Below are positions 23,521 through 37,184 of a DNA stretch of 64,000 bases, piece by piece. This stretch comes from Dictyostelium discoideum (Eukaryota). Within the stretch, counting starts at the first letter, position 1; each line of letters opens with the position of its first letter. The position numbers and the translations under genes were made by a program. The notes beneath the pieces are model-generated. The model had not been told where the DNA came from. It saw nothing but the letters and a program-made list of their open reading frames with translations, and did not search any database. Where the stretch lies: NCBI GenBank assembly GCA_000004695.1, contig CM000154.2, positions 288,001-352,000 of the forward strand. The letters run 5' to 3'.

Positions 23521-24970
23521 TATTTTTTTTTTTTTTTCTTTATTTATTAAATCCAAAATAAAAATTTTTTGAAAAAAAAAACTAACAACCAATCCACGGT
23601 CAATCTAAATTTTAAAATTTTTTTTTTTATTTTTTTAATCTTTTCCTAGATTCCCAAAAAAAAATACGTTTCCAAAGCATAATTCCCCTAAAAAATTTTT
23701 AAAAAAAATATTTTAGAAACACAAAAGATATTTAAATTTTTTCCCTAGGTTTCTAAAAAAAAAAGAAAAAAATAAAAACATAATTCTTTTTTTTTTTTAT
23801 TTTTTTTTTTTGATCTTATCATCTTTTGGTGATCAAACCAATAATTTCTTAAATCTTTTTTTTTTTTTTTTTAATGCTTTTTTTTAATTATTTTATACTC
23901 TTAACAATTAATAAAAAGAAAAAAAAATAAAAAAAATTTCTAACTTTTGATTTTAATCATTTTCTTGTAAATGACAGAATAATTCTCTTTATTTAAAATA
24001 ATCCAGTAGAATATCAATTTTTTTTTTTAAAAAAAAAAAAAAAACATTTTTAAAATATTATTAGTCCTTTTCGTTTTATATTTTTTTAAAATATTATTAG
24101 TACTTTTCATTTAATATTTTTTTATATTGAACTGGTATAAAAAAAGTTTTTGGGTTGAAAAAAAAAAATTGGTGAGGAAAAAAAAAAAAAAAAATTAAAA
24201 ATAAATTAAATTAGGTAAAATTAAAATCAAATTAATAAACCTGTTCATTATTTAGTTTTCATTGAAAAAATTTTAATACAAATAAAAAAAAACAAATAAT
24301 GAATGAGTATAAAAAAAAAAATTTATGAGGAAAAAAAAAATTAGTGGGAAAATAAAGATTTTAAAAAGCAAAAAAAGAAAAAAAAAAAAAAGGTGGAAAA
24401 TTCCACAATAAAATTTTAACTCAATATAATAAAAATGCCTCAATTAATAATAATGTTTTAAAATTTCAGATGTATCATTCATCCATATGATGTTTCTGAA
24501 ACCAATAAATTCCCTTCACATGGACTTCTGATGATCCTCTTGATATAGCCATCAACCTTCAAGATTGTTATGAATATAGTATACAAGTTTGAATGATAAT
24601 TTTTTGATCACTTTAAACCTACCAAAAAACACAACACCATAAACAAATATATTTTTAAAATAATTAAACCAAATTAATATATGTATTATTATTTTTTTTT
24701 TTTCCACACATATTTTTTTTTAATAGGAATTTTTTTTTTTATTCCAGTTCATTTCCTATTTTTTTTTTTTACAAAATGGTTATAAAAACTTTATATTAAA
24801 ATTTAATATTATTATTATTAGAGTTTTCCAATTATTTTTTCCAGTATACTATTATTTATATTTTTAATATTAAGATGATAGAAATGAATTTATATTTTTT
24901 ATTTATTTATTTATACAACTTTTTATTAAATTTTATAAAAAATTAATTTTTATTTTTTTTAATTCAATTA

Positions 24971-25780
24971 TTAAAATAAATCTTTTAATCTTGATAATAA
25001 TAATGATCTACTATAGAGTGTATCACTTGATAATAAAATTTGTTTAATTAAAATATTCATATGACTCATATAAAGGGCATCAGTTAAAATGAATTGGGAA
25101 TAAAGGTTAACTTCATTAATAAAATTTGGCATTAAATTTGCAATTTCATTGAGAGGAGTTTTCAAATTATTTAAATGTGAAGAAACTGATAATACTGATT
25201 TAATGACCAATTCATAATTACTGATTACAACTTGATAGGTGGCAACATTTGGTGAATTTGGTGATAAGGAATTTTTTGTATTATTCATTAAAGTTGCTAA
25301 TGTTATAGCTGATTGTTTAACTGAATCAATATTTGTAATTAAATTATTAATTGATGATGAAATTGTATTAAATCTACTTGTATCCATATTTGTAAATTTT
25401 GTAAGAGTATTTAAATAACCAACTGTATTATTTAAACTAACAATTCCCAAATTATTTGCATTATTATATAAGGAAATTAAATTTTGATAATGTGATGATG
25501 CTCCAAATAAATCATTATTTGATAATGCAATTATATTATTTAAAAAATATTTACTAAATGTAATATTAAACACATCCGATGGGTTTTCAACTTGAATTGA
25601 ACTTGCCAAAATTAAAATACTTGTTTGATCATCATTAAGAAGTAACGAAGCACGTGAAAAATCAGCCGGTGTCATAATACTGGAGCCTGTAATTGGGACA
25701 TAATTTGAAATTAGTGAATTGGAAAAACTGAAAAGAGAAACTAAATAAATTAAAAAGAAAATTGAATAAAATTTAAACAT
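24971..25780 (-). CDS. Secreted Asn/Ser-rich hypothetical protein, 269 aa
   Basis: It is a clean ORF with an N-terminal signal peptide (MFKFYSIFFLIYLVSLFSFSNS) and coding-like composition in an AT-rich context. I recognise no domain. Confidence 0.6.
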   Translation of the reverse strand: MFKFYSIFFLIYLVSLFSFSNSLISNYVPITGSSIMTPADFSRASLLLNDDQTSILILASSIQVENPSDVFNITFSKYFLNNIIALSNNDLFGASSHYQNLISLYNNANNLGIVSLNNTVGYLNTLTKFTNMDTSRFNTISSSINNLITNIDSVKQSAITLATLMNNTKNSLSPNSPNVATYQVVISNYELVIKSVLSVSSHLNNLKTPLNEIANLMPNFINEVNLYSQFILTDALYMSHMNILIKQILLSSDTLYSRSLLLSRLKDLF

Positions 25781-26012
25781 TGTGTGTTTTTAATAATAAA
25801 AATAATTAAAGTATATTGAAATATAATTTTGATGAATAAAATAAATAAAGTAAATAATTATTTATAAAAAAATATTGTAATTTTGATTTAATAAAAAAAA
25901 AAAAAAAACTCTGTTTAAATAAGAAAAAAAAAAAATGTAAACTTTACAAGAATTATTTTTTTTTTTTTTTTTTTTATAAACTAAGAATCATACTCAAAAC
26001 TTGAGATTTGGT

Positions 26013-26043
<31 letters not shown>

Positions 26044-26531
26044 GTAAAGCTCAAAAACACACTTCATTTTAACTTATTTTTAAAGTCATGACAAAAATAT
26101 CACAAAGTTTTACAAAAAAAAAAAAAATTAATGGTATTATTTTATTTATTTTTATTTTTTTTAATTATTTATTTCTGGTTCTTTTGCCACATATGCGAAT
26201 TTTTCTTTTTATTTAAGGAATTATTATTGTGGTGGGTTGAATGATTCTTTATTTTTTTGGAAAAAAAGGAAAAAGCCTTGTGAATAAAGAAAAAAAAACT
26301 TGAAAAAAAGGAAATACTGAGAATTTCTCTATTTTTTTTTTTTTTCATGAATTTTTACATGTAAAAAAAAAAAAGTGAACAAGAAATGATTGAAAACTGT
26401 TTTTTTTTTTTTTTTTTTTTTCAGTTCGACCACCACCATATGGTGGTATTATTCTTGAAATCAAAAAGGAACACTAAAATCTTAGGAACCTAAATTATTT
26501 GAAATTAATATAAAAAAGAGAAATCTTTTTC

Positions 26532-26843
26532 TTATGATTTATCTAGTTCTGCACTATCTTCATATTGATGTTCATATGCTATTGTTGATAAATTAATATC
26601 AGGAGAAACTGCTTTTTCATCTTCTTCTGCAACTGCATTTAAATTATCATCAAAACTACTCTTATCATTAAATGAAAATGTATCTACTAAATATTTCTTT
26701 GTCATATATCTTTTATAAACCAATGAAATTATAACTAGTGATAAAATTGATGCTGTTCCTAAAATAGTTAAAATAATAACAATATTCCTTGTTCTATAAT
26801 TTTTTTGTGGTTTTCTTGTATGAATTGGAATTTCTGATGTTCC

Positions 26844-26885
<42 letters not shown>

Positions 26886-27396
26886 AGTTGTTGTTGTTGT
26901 TGTTGTTGTTGTTGTTGATATTCCTGTAGTTGTTGATACTCCTGTTGTTGTTGGTATATTAGTTGGTGCTTCTGTTGGTGAACTGCATGGATAATAATCA
27001 GTATTAATTTTAGTATCATCTTGATAGAAATTGCATTCTTTGCAACCACAAATAGTATTATTTGATATTGTCATAAGTTTAAGGTATACGGTAGAGTTAT
27101 TACCAATGATTGGAGATTGACTAAAAGATAGATTTAAATTGGTTAAAGTTAAAAAACTATTGATAGAGTTGAATAAACGATTTGAAGAGATTAAAGGAAA
27201 AAACAGTTTAAACTCAAATTCCAGTGTACTATTTTCTATATAGACTAAATCATTTTCAATTGTATTTGATGGTGAATACTTTAAATAATCCTTTAAAAAT
27301 AAATTTGATTCTTTTAGTACTGTAAATGCTGATTCAAATTTATATTGACCATATGTTGAATTTTGGTTAATTGCAATACTACTACTACTACTTCTA

Positions 27397-27429
<33 letters not shown>

Positions 27430-28475
27430 GTAGTAATATTTGAGAATTTAATATTTTCTAATCTTGTTAAAACTGATGATGAAAAAGGAGAGAAACATTT
27501 ATAAAAATATATAAATGTGGATAATTGATTATTAAAGAAATTAAAATCTAGTAATCTAACAGTTGAGTTGATTGATAATATGAATGGACTTGAAAAATAA
27601 CTATTTGATATTGACTCCAACCCTGAATTTGACACATCACCAGACCTTATGAATATAAAAGGCGTTGACAAGAACTCACTATTCTCCACATCTAAAATAT
27701 AAACAATACTGCCACCCACTATATAAATTGGTGAAATAAAATCACCATTGGATACCAATGCATTTGTTGATGGTGATGGTGATGGTGGTGACCTTAAGTT
27801 ATAACCAGTTGTTGAAATAAAGTAAACCAATATTGAGTCTTTTTTATAAACAATTTCATCAGCATCACTGTCATTTATCGGATAAATATTAATTATACTA
27901 CTTGAAGAAATTATATTTACAAATCTAAAAAATATTGCAACATATTTTGAACTATCTTGTGGAGTTGGGTTTGTTTCTTGATTGATGTTAATTTTCACAA
28001 TTGTTTGATCCCAATTTGTAAAATTAATACCTGCAAAAAGGAACCGTCTCTGTGTTGCACACGGGTAGGTTGAATTTGGTTGAACTGCTTCTTGAATGCT
28101 AAGAAATGGCTGTGTTGTCGAGCTGCCACCTCCATCAATGTTTACATTGGTCGTGTCACTACTTGATTTAATCCATAAAATACCACAATAATTATATAAA
28201 TTTCCTAATGTAACCGCTGTTGTAATTGATGATTGGTTGATATCGCCACTAATGATAATGCTATTTGGATTATTTTGATTTTCAATTTTTGATAATAAAA
28301 TCGCTCTATTCCCAGCATCCTCTAATGATGTACATACTGGTTCATCTGCTAAACCACACTCTTCAAATGAATTATAATTTCTTTCAACATTATAATTAAC
28401 TGCAATATCAAAAGAAATCACAAAAGTATTATAATATAAAATAATTAATATATAAAAATAAATTTTTTTAATCAT
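26532..28475 (-). CDS. Type I membrane glycoprotein with a large extracellular domain, a poly-Thr stalk, one TM helix and a short acidic cytoplasmic tail; about 647 aa
   Basis: The ORF runs 26532..28613, but the first ATG is at 28475 (MIKKIYFYILIILYYNTFVISF, a signal peptide). The track M at 28613 is a non-ATG codon in an AT-rich leader. The ectodomain is Ser/Asn-rich (possibly beta-helix-like), followed by a T30 stalk and the TM helix IVIILTILGTASILSLVIISLV. Confidence 0.65.
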
Positions 28476-29721
28476 ATATGATAATTTTATAATTCTTTTT
28501 TTTTTTTTTTCAGTATTGGTTTGAATTAAAAAAAAAAAAAGTTTTATCAAAAAAAAAAAACTTTTTTTTTTGATTTTTTTTTTTTCAAATAAAATCTCTT
28601 TGGTAATTACCAAAAAATTTTAAAAAAAAAAAATAAAAAATTAATGGTGGGTTTTTTTTTTTTTTTTTTAATTCAAACCAATTGTTTGATCCCAATTTGT
28701 AAAATTAATACCTGCAAAAAGGTTGAACACAATCTTTTACTTAAAATGAACATTGTATATACAAGTATTTACTTTAAAAATTTATATTTATGGTTTTGAT
28801 TATTTTAATAATAAAATAAAATAAAATAAAATAAAATAAAATAAAAAATTATTTAAGTAACAAAATAAATCAATGACATTTGAAGAGGTTTTTTTTTTAT
28901 TTTTTTTTTTTATTTACCCATGGTCATATTAAAGTAATTAAAATTCTCTTTTTTGTTTATTATTATTTTTTTTTTTTTTTTTTCAAAAAAATTTTGTTTT
29001 TAAGATTTTTTTTTTTTTTTTATAGTTATAAAAATAAACTGATAAATAATGAAGTGTTGTGGATGAGAAAAAAAAAACTAAAAAAAAAAAAAAAAAAAAT
29101 ACAAGTTATTTTTTTTTTTTTTTCACAAAATTATTTTTTATAACGAATATTTGACAAAACATATTAGGTTCTTGAACTTTTTTTTTTTTTTTGGGTGGCA
29201 GGAGATTTTTGCAGAAAAAAAATTGGTAAAAATAGACAACAACCTCATACTGATGTCCAAGATATTTTTTTTTTTTTTCTTTTACAAAAAATTAATTTTT
29301 ATTTTTAATTTTTTTTTTTGATAACTTATAATTAAATAAAGATTTTCAATTTTTTACATTATTCAAAATTATCTTGTTGCACTTATAAAAGTGGGGAAAA
29401 AAAATAAAAAAAAATTGAAATTTTAACCCTTATGAAAAATAAAAAAATCTAATACAAAAAATGTTGTAAAAAAAAAAAAATAATAAAAAGAAAACAACAA
29501 AAATATTATGAACTGATTAAAGTTAAAATAAAAGTTAAAAAAGTAACAAACATTGCTCATTTGAGATCGAATTCAACAATTGTTTAATCTTTCTTCCCAA
29601 ATCTATTTAAACTTTTGCTCTGAGCCATTCTAATTGTGATTTAGACCAAATTATTTTTCTTAAAACTCAGTTATCTGGTTTGGATGTCCCATGCCAAAAT
29701 TACTATGGTAATTCACCAGCC

Positions 29722-29819
29722 ATATTAATTTCAGCATATAACACCTGTTTTTAGGCTGAAATTAATATGTTAAAATTGTCCTGCTGAAATTAATATGTCT
29801 AAATGAAATTAATATATAA
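29722..29819. repeat. 15-bp inverted repeat (catattaatttcagc / gctgaaattaatatg) with a 19-nt spacer, followed by two more direct copies of ctgaaattaatat
   Basis: Seen directly at 29722-29735 and 29755-29768 (inverted) and at 29782-29796 and 29803-29817 (direct). It lies in an intergenic island that is richer in GC than its surroundings. Confidence 0.7.
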
Positions 29820-30003
29820 ATACAAAAAAAAATAAATGAATAAAAATCACCAAAAAAAAAAAAATCTTTTTGTTCATTCCCACAATTACAAAAAATGAAA
29901 ACTAATTATTTTTTAATTTATTTAATTTTATTTAGTTATTTATAAATATTAATTATTACAATATATAATATAAAAACAATACAAACTTTGTTTTGTTGAT
30001 TTG

Positions 30004-30027
<24 letters not shown>

Positions 30028-30034
<7 letters not shown>

Positions 30035-32988
30035 AATGCAGAAGTTTGTTGTTGAACTGGAGAAGAAGTTGAAGAAAAAGTTACAGGTTTACTACCACTT
30101 GAATTTAATACACTACCACTATTTGGAGGACTACCAACAGAAGTGACATTATTTGAGGCGGTTGAAGTTGTGGTGGTGGTGGTTGAAGGTGGTGGACCAG
30201 AGATTGTTTGTTTTCTATTTTGAATTGGTTTTGTAGAAACTTTACCACGACCTCTAATGGTTTCAGCTTTTCTTTTTAAGAGTTGTTCAAAGTTTGGATT
30301 ACTATGAATGTTTGATTTAATTGATTGAACCCAACTATCCATTTCGGCCATATTTGCAGCGGCGATAAAATAAGCGGCATGATTTGCTTGAACCAAAGTA
30401 CCATCGGAATTCAATTTACAAGCTTTCATTTGCTCCTGTGAGGAATGAAGCATAAAACAAAACTTTTTCTGTGGGTCGATGGTGACGACAACATTCTCCA
30501 ATGGAATGATACCACAAGGTTCATGATCTTGAGGGGTCTTATAGTAGAGTAAACAATTGGCGGTCAATATGAACCAACGCTTCTTCCAAGTCTTAATTCT
30601 ACCACCTTGCTTTGTTAACCAACCTTTCTTTTCAACATGTTGATTTGCTTGATTACCATCACGCTCCATCTTAATTTCGTTGGTAACGATTTTATCATAA
30701 AGATTCTCCATGAAATCGGGTGGTAAATCATCACCACTATTGATACCACTATTATTACGAAGGAATTCAGCTTTGGTCATTTTCTTCTTTATGTTTGGAT
30801 TATGAGCATCAGTGTTTAACATAATCACAGAGAAAGCCAATACATAGACAGCATCTTGATTTACAAATACCTTATTCTCTGGATTATGTTGATAGAATTG
30901 TGATGCAAATTTCTCCATCATACGATCGATCTTTTGAGCTTCACCAGGCAATCTAAAAGTGAGTAGATATTTACGTAATGCCACATCGAAATCCAATCCA
31001 AAAAAGTTTAATTCATCTACAAATGCATGGAGTACTTGAAGGTTGAAATCATCACCTTCACCAATATACTCACCAATGGATTGTTTTGAAAGTTCACTAT
31101 GAGTCAAAAGGAAATGTGCAACCTCTTTTGGATTCTTTTCACTAATTACACCATTGGCAACAATGAATTCAATACCTTTCTTTGGATGGCTATTAAATTG
31201 AGCGATTGCAGCTTTAATCAATAACAATTTTTGTTTCTCTGCGGCCAATTGTTCCATATCTTCTTTGGCCTGTTGTTCCAAAGCCAATTGAAGTTCATCG
31301 ACTTCATGATTGGATGATTCACGTTTATTGACGATTTGATAGATTTCATCATGATTCTCGGTACCAAAGGTTTTTGTGAAATCAACTGATGAACGTAGAC
31401 TAACTTGATCTAAATCTGCACCCGCTCTAATTAAAACACGAGCCACATCGGAATGATTCTTTTTGATGGCATAAACCAATGGAGTTTTACCTGCAAAGTT
31501 TTTAGCATCAATACGTGCCTTAAATTGAATTAACACATCCACTGTATCACGAGCACCAGCTGCACTTGCCAAATGTAATGGTGTACTTGAATGGGTGTCG
31601 ACGGCATTAACATTTGCACCCTTTTTCAAGAGGATTCTACAACAATCCGAATGACCATTGTAGGCTGCATTATGTAGGGGCGTACCACCTTGACTATCTT
31701 TAACCTCCAATTCAGCACCACTTCTGATCAATGTTGCCAAACATTTACTTCTACCATTGAATGCTGCTTTATGTAATGGTGTTGCGCCTTGACTATCAAC
31801 GATGCAAATGGGTGCTCCTTTATCGACCAATAGCTTGGCACAAGATGAATGGCCATTGAATGATGCTTTGTGTAGTGGTGTTGCCCCCTCTTCATCCTTG
31901 ATATTGATTTGTGCTTTATAACGAATGAGTAGATCTACCATATCAAGTAAACCATTGAATGCTGCCAAATGAAGTGAAGTTGATTGACGACTATCTCTGC
32001 AATCGATCATTGTTGGATCTAAATATAAAAGATATTCACAAACTTCTTTATGTCCATTGAATGCTGCTTTATGTAATGGTGTTTCACCCATTTCATCCAC
32101 CATATTAATCTTTGCTCCTAACTCTATTAAACGTTTGGTTAATTGTAGGTTACCATTGAAACATGTATGATGTAACGGTGTGACACCCTCGATATCGACA
32201 CAATTGATGTTCTCACCATTTCTTACCAATTGCTCAACACAATCTACATAGCCTGCAGATGCGGCATTGTGTAATGGTGAAATACCATGAATGTCACGAG
32301 GATCCACTTTTGCGCCCTTTTTCAATAATAATGATACACAACTTGAATGACCACTAAATGAAGCTTGATGTAATGGTGTGATACAATCATTGTCCACTGC
32401 ATTCACTTTGGAGTCGGCCTTAATCAACAACTCTACACATTGTGGATTACCACCAGCAGATGCATGATGTAACGGTGTTTCACCATTGGTTGTCACTGCT
32501 CTTGGATCTGCTTTACCATTTAATAAATATAGTACACATTCTGCTGATGCAAATAATGATGCTTTGTGTAGTGGCGTACCATTTTTATCATCTTTGGTAT
32601 TAACGTCCACTCCACCTTTTTCTACCAATAGTTTGATACACTCTAAATGTCCTCTACTTGATGCCCATTGCAAGGGAGTATTACCTGCTGAATCTTTAAT
32701 GTTGGCATTTGCTTTCTTATCTAACAAAAAGTTTACACATGCTGCTGATCCACAAAATGCTGCATGATGTAATGGTGTTCTCTTTTCAGAATCTGGTGTA
32801 TCTGGTGATGTTGCTGAATTATTCAAAAGATTTGATAACTTTTCAATATCACCTGTAGATGAATAATAATGTACTGATGGTCTTGTTGGTGCTGAATTTG
32901 AATGTTTTGCTGTTGTTGCTGGTGCTGCTGTTGTTGTTGTTGTTGTTGTTGATCCTGTATTCTTTGTTGAATTTGATGTTGATCCCAT
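30028..32988 (-). CDS. secG: Arf guanine-nucleotide exchange factor with N-terminal ankyrin repeats, a Sec7 domain and a PH domain, 986 aa
   Basis: It has at least 14 ankyrin repeats (TPLHxAAxxGH pattern). The Sec7 domain carries the catalytic glutamic-finger motif FRLPGEAQKIDRMMEKFA. A PH domain follows (KKGWLTKQGGRIKTWKKRWFIL). This architecture matches the described Dictyostelium cytohesin-like SecG. The symbol is assigned from memory of that architecture, not from a search. Confidence 0.75.
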
Positions 32989-33307
32989 TTTTTTATATTA
33001 ATTAAAAAAAAAAATATATATATATTTTTTTTTCCCCTTTAGCCTCTAATTATTATTATTATTATTTTCCTTTTTTTTTTTTTTTTTTTTTTTCTTAGAC
33101 TACAATATTTTTCCTTTATTCACTTTTTTTTTTTTTTTTTTTTTTTAAAAAAAAATTTCTATAATTCTATTTTGGTAATATTTGAGTAAAAAAAGAATTA
33201 GAAAGGTGTGTTAATTTTAAAAATAAAGAAAAAAAAAAAACCACCCCAAACCCAAAGCAAACCCAAACACAAACAAAAATTGAAATTTGGGGTTTATTTT
33301 TATCGTC

Positions 33308-33348
<41 letters not shown>

Positions 33349-33567
33349 TTTTTTTATAATAAATAATTAATTATAGTTGTTTTTATTTTAATAATATTAT
33401 TGACATTATATTATTATTAAAATATTTAGTTTTCTATATGAGAATAAAACCTAAATCAAAAAAAAAAATTAAAATAAAAAAAAATAAATAAAATAAAATA
33501 AAATACACAAAAAAATAAAAAAAATAATAATAAAATTATTAAAAAAAAAAAAAAAAATTAAAAAATC

Positions 33568-33614
<47 letters not shown>

Positions 33615-33780
33615 CAATTTTTATTTATTTTGGATTTTATTTATATTTTGTATTTTTATTTTTATGTGTATCTTTGATTAAATAGTTGATTTTATTTTTG
33701 TTTTATTTTCTTATTTAAATTTTAATTACTATTATGTATGTATAAATTATTATTCTTTTTGATGAAAGTGTGAATGGGAG

Positions 33781-33808
33781 TGTGTGTGTGTGTGTGTGTG
33801 TTTGTGTT
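33781..33808. repeat. (GT)n dinucleotide microsatellite
   Basis: gtgtgtgtgtgtgtgtgtgtgtttgtgt is seen directly, in the 2.2-kb intergenic region upstream of secG. Confidence 0.9.
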
Positions 33809-34423
33809 TATTTAAAATATGTGTATGTGTGTGATAATTCAACTATTATTACTATATAATAATCGAAAGTAGGGATAGAGATAAAGACGGAGAAAATTAA
33901 AAAAAAAAATATATTTATATATAATAATATATATATATATGTATATAAAATAAAATTATAGTACCACTAATATGATATAGTACTTATTATGGTTTTCATC
34001 ATAACAAAATTAATTATAAAGAGGAAAAAAAAAAAAAATAAAAATAAAATAAAAAAATGAAATAAATTGAAGAAAAAATAAAAAAATAAAAATAATAAAA
34101 ATAATAATAATTTTTTTTTTTTTTGGGTATTATTTAATAATTATATTTTTATTTTAAATGGTGTTATAAATCATGACACTAGAATCAACCCACCTTTCTT
34201 TTTTTTTTTTTTTTCCTCTTTATAATTAATGCACATCCACACAAATATTATTAACAAATTATCATAAACAAAATAAAGCATTGTATGCTTCAAAAATAAA
34301 AATAAAAATAATAATAATAATAAAAAAATACCACTGTTATTGAGAATAGTGTGTGTGTGGGAAAAGGGGGTGGTGTGAGTGAGAGAACATAACAATTATG
34401 AATCTTTTGTTTTGGTTTGGTTT

Positions 34424-34461
<38 letters not shown>

Positions 34462-34804
34462 AATCTATTGCAATTATTTGTTGGCGATGGTATCCCATCA
34501 TAACTTTTTTTTTTTTTTTTAATTTTAGATGTTATCTATACTATGTGTGAATAACAGATGTTGATCATAGATTAATTTTAAATTGAACTACAATTAATTT
34601 ATATATTGTTACTATTGTAATTATTGGTTTTATTGCTATCATATAATATATATTTCATTATTGATATCAAACTTTCAACCACTACTAAAAATATAACTAT
34701 AACAAAAAATCTTTTTTATTTCTCTTACTTTTATTATTTCTATTATTATTTTTGTATTTTTAAAAAAAAAAAAGAAACTAAGGATTAGTGAATAAATAAA
34801 TACA

Positions 34805-34835
<31 letters not shown>

Positions 34836-35010
34836 ATTAATATATATAGGGGCCCAATACTACTTGGAGTAGTTTTTTTTATTTTTTTTTTTTCCAAAAT
34901 TTTTTATAAAAAAAAAAAAAAAAAAAATCTAATTTCAAAAAAAAAAAAAAAAGTTTGTGAAAAAAAAAAAAAAAAATAAAAAAAAAAGAAATAAAAATAA
35001 AATTCCAAAA

Positions 35011-35044
<34 letters not shown>

Positions 35045-35152
35045 TACTTATAAATACCATTTATTATTAATTACTATTTTCGAAATTGTAATCTTAATAC
35101 AAATTTGTATTTTTAATTATTGGAATAAAATAAATAAAAAATTATGTTTGGG

Positions 35153-35185
<33 letters not shown>

Positions 35186-35188
35186 ATT

Positions 35189-35508
35189 TTATTTATTTGA
35201 AAATCTGAAATTCTTTTTTTTATGAATAAATTTAATTTTTGGATAATTTTCCAAAGTATCATTTAAATAATTAATATATTTTAAAAGTTGATCATTTTCA
35301 AAATAAACCAATTTAAATGATTTTAAATTATTTCCATGATTTTTAAATAATGGTTCAATTATACTATCTTTATCCATTTCTTCAATACACCCAACTATAG
35401 GACTATAAATCACATGTTCTAATTTACAATTTGTATGAATTAAAATCCATTTTATTAAATCCAAAAATTTACCATTATCTTTATTATAAACTGATTCAAA
35501 ATAATTTC

Positions 35509-35552
<44 letters not shown>

Positions 35553-35637
35553 TAGTAATCTCTACCAATAATTTTTAAAAATTTCAAATTTGGTAATTTA
35601 ATTGGAAATGTATAATAAGTTGTATCCCAAATATCAA

Positions 35638-35673
<36 letters not shown>

Positions 35674-37069
35674 TATTTGAAAAATATAAACCTGTATCAA
35701 ATGATAAATATTCTAATTGAGTAAATACTTTTGAAACTTTATTAAATGGAGTTGAGTAAATTAAGCCTTTATAATCAATAATTGAAATTGGTTTTTTAAA
35801 TAAACAATATTTATAACCATATTGAATTTCATAATAAAAGAATGATTCATATCCAATTTTAAATTGAGATTGCATTTTATGCCAATTAATTTCAAAATTT
35901 AAACAATGTGACAACATATTATAAAATTTCCAATTTGTTAATGCAATTGAAAAAATATCATTTTTAATTTCATTGAATATAAAAGTTGATAAATATATAC
36001 AATATTTTGATTTAATTAAATTATTAATTAAAATTAATGATGGTGATGATGATGTTGATGACGATGATAAATTTGGAATTTGATGATTTATATTTCTATT
36101 ATAAGTAATTAAAATTATTATAATTTTTATAATTATTTCATTTGGTAAAATTTCAAAATTATTATTATAATTATTAATTTTATTATTATCATTATTTAAT
36201 ATTTTATTTATTTTTAATATTTTTAATTTATTTTTATTTTCAAATTCCATTTTATTAAAATATTTAAAAATTGGATTAAATAAATATTTTTCATTTGTAA
36301 TTTTTAAACCATTTTTAATTATATTAATAAATTTTAAAATAAAATTAAGTTCTTGATTATCTTTGTTATTAAATTCATTATAACACATTTTATTAGCTAA
36401 TAATGATTTTAAAAGAAATGATAAATTAAAATTTGTAATTAATAAATTAAATATTTTAAATTGATTATTTTTTAAAAAAAATAATTTTAATTTCAATTTA
36501 TCTGATAATATCATTTGTAAAAGGTCTGATGTATTTCTTTGATTTAATGATATATTTGTAGATTTATGATAATATTTATTATAAAATTGAATTACCATTG
36601 GTATGACATTATTACCACTACCATCATCTAATAATAATGATGATAAATATTTGAAAAATTCATTTCTATTAAATATTGATTTATTATTAAAAAATTGAAA
36701 ATGTTGAAGTGAGATGAATAGTCTAATAGTTTCATTTTCATTGAATTTAAAAGTTTCAAATATTTCAATGAATTCTTCATAAGGAACTATTGAATATTCT
36801 GTTTGAGGATCTTCTTCACCATTTTCATTTTCACCTAAAATATAATATCCAAATGATCTTAATAGTTCAATTGATAATTGTTCAATTTTAACTTTTTTTT
36901 CAATTAATTTATTTATTACCAATTTTCTATTATTTAAATAAACATTTTCATAATTTGATTTATCAATTAAAATTTTATCATTTACGTCAATTGTAAATAA
37001 CAATTTTTCATTAAATTTATTTGAATGTTTTTTAAATAAATTTATAATTTCAAAATTTATTTCAAACAT
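35189..37069 (-). CDS. Asn-rich hypothetical protein, 626 aa
   Basis: It is a long clean ORF with ATG in aaATG context and has poly-N tracts. I recognise no domain. Confidence 0.55.
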
Positions 37070-37147
37070 TTATTAATTTTTAATTTTTAATTAAAAATAA
37101 TTTTTTTTTTGGTTAAGGAAAAAAAAAAAAAAAAAAAAAAAATTTTG

Positions 37148-37184
<37 letters not shown>

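Noticed and set aside
26768-27049. Minus-strand poly-Gln ORF (93 aa)
   Set aside because: It is an alternative frame of the (ACA/ACT)n poly-Thr stalk-coding repeat of the membrane glycoprotein gene.
28476-28613. Track start of the membrane glycoprotein ORF at 28613 (MVITKEILFEKKK...)
   Set aside because: The codon at 28613 is not ATG; it is TTG read as M by the ORF tool. The translated leader is poly-K/F low complexity. The first ATG (28475) immediately precedes a canonical signal peptide.
34171-34395. Minus-strand 74-aa ORF in the secG upstream region
   Set aside because: It is an AT-rich low-complexity translation with no start context. The region is better explained as promoter DNA carrying G-rich elements.
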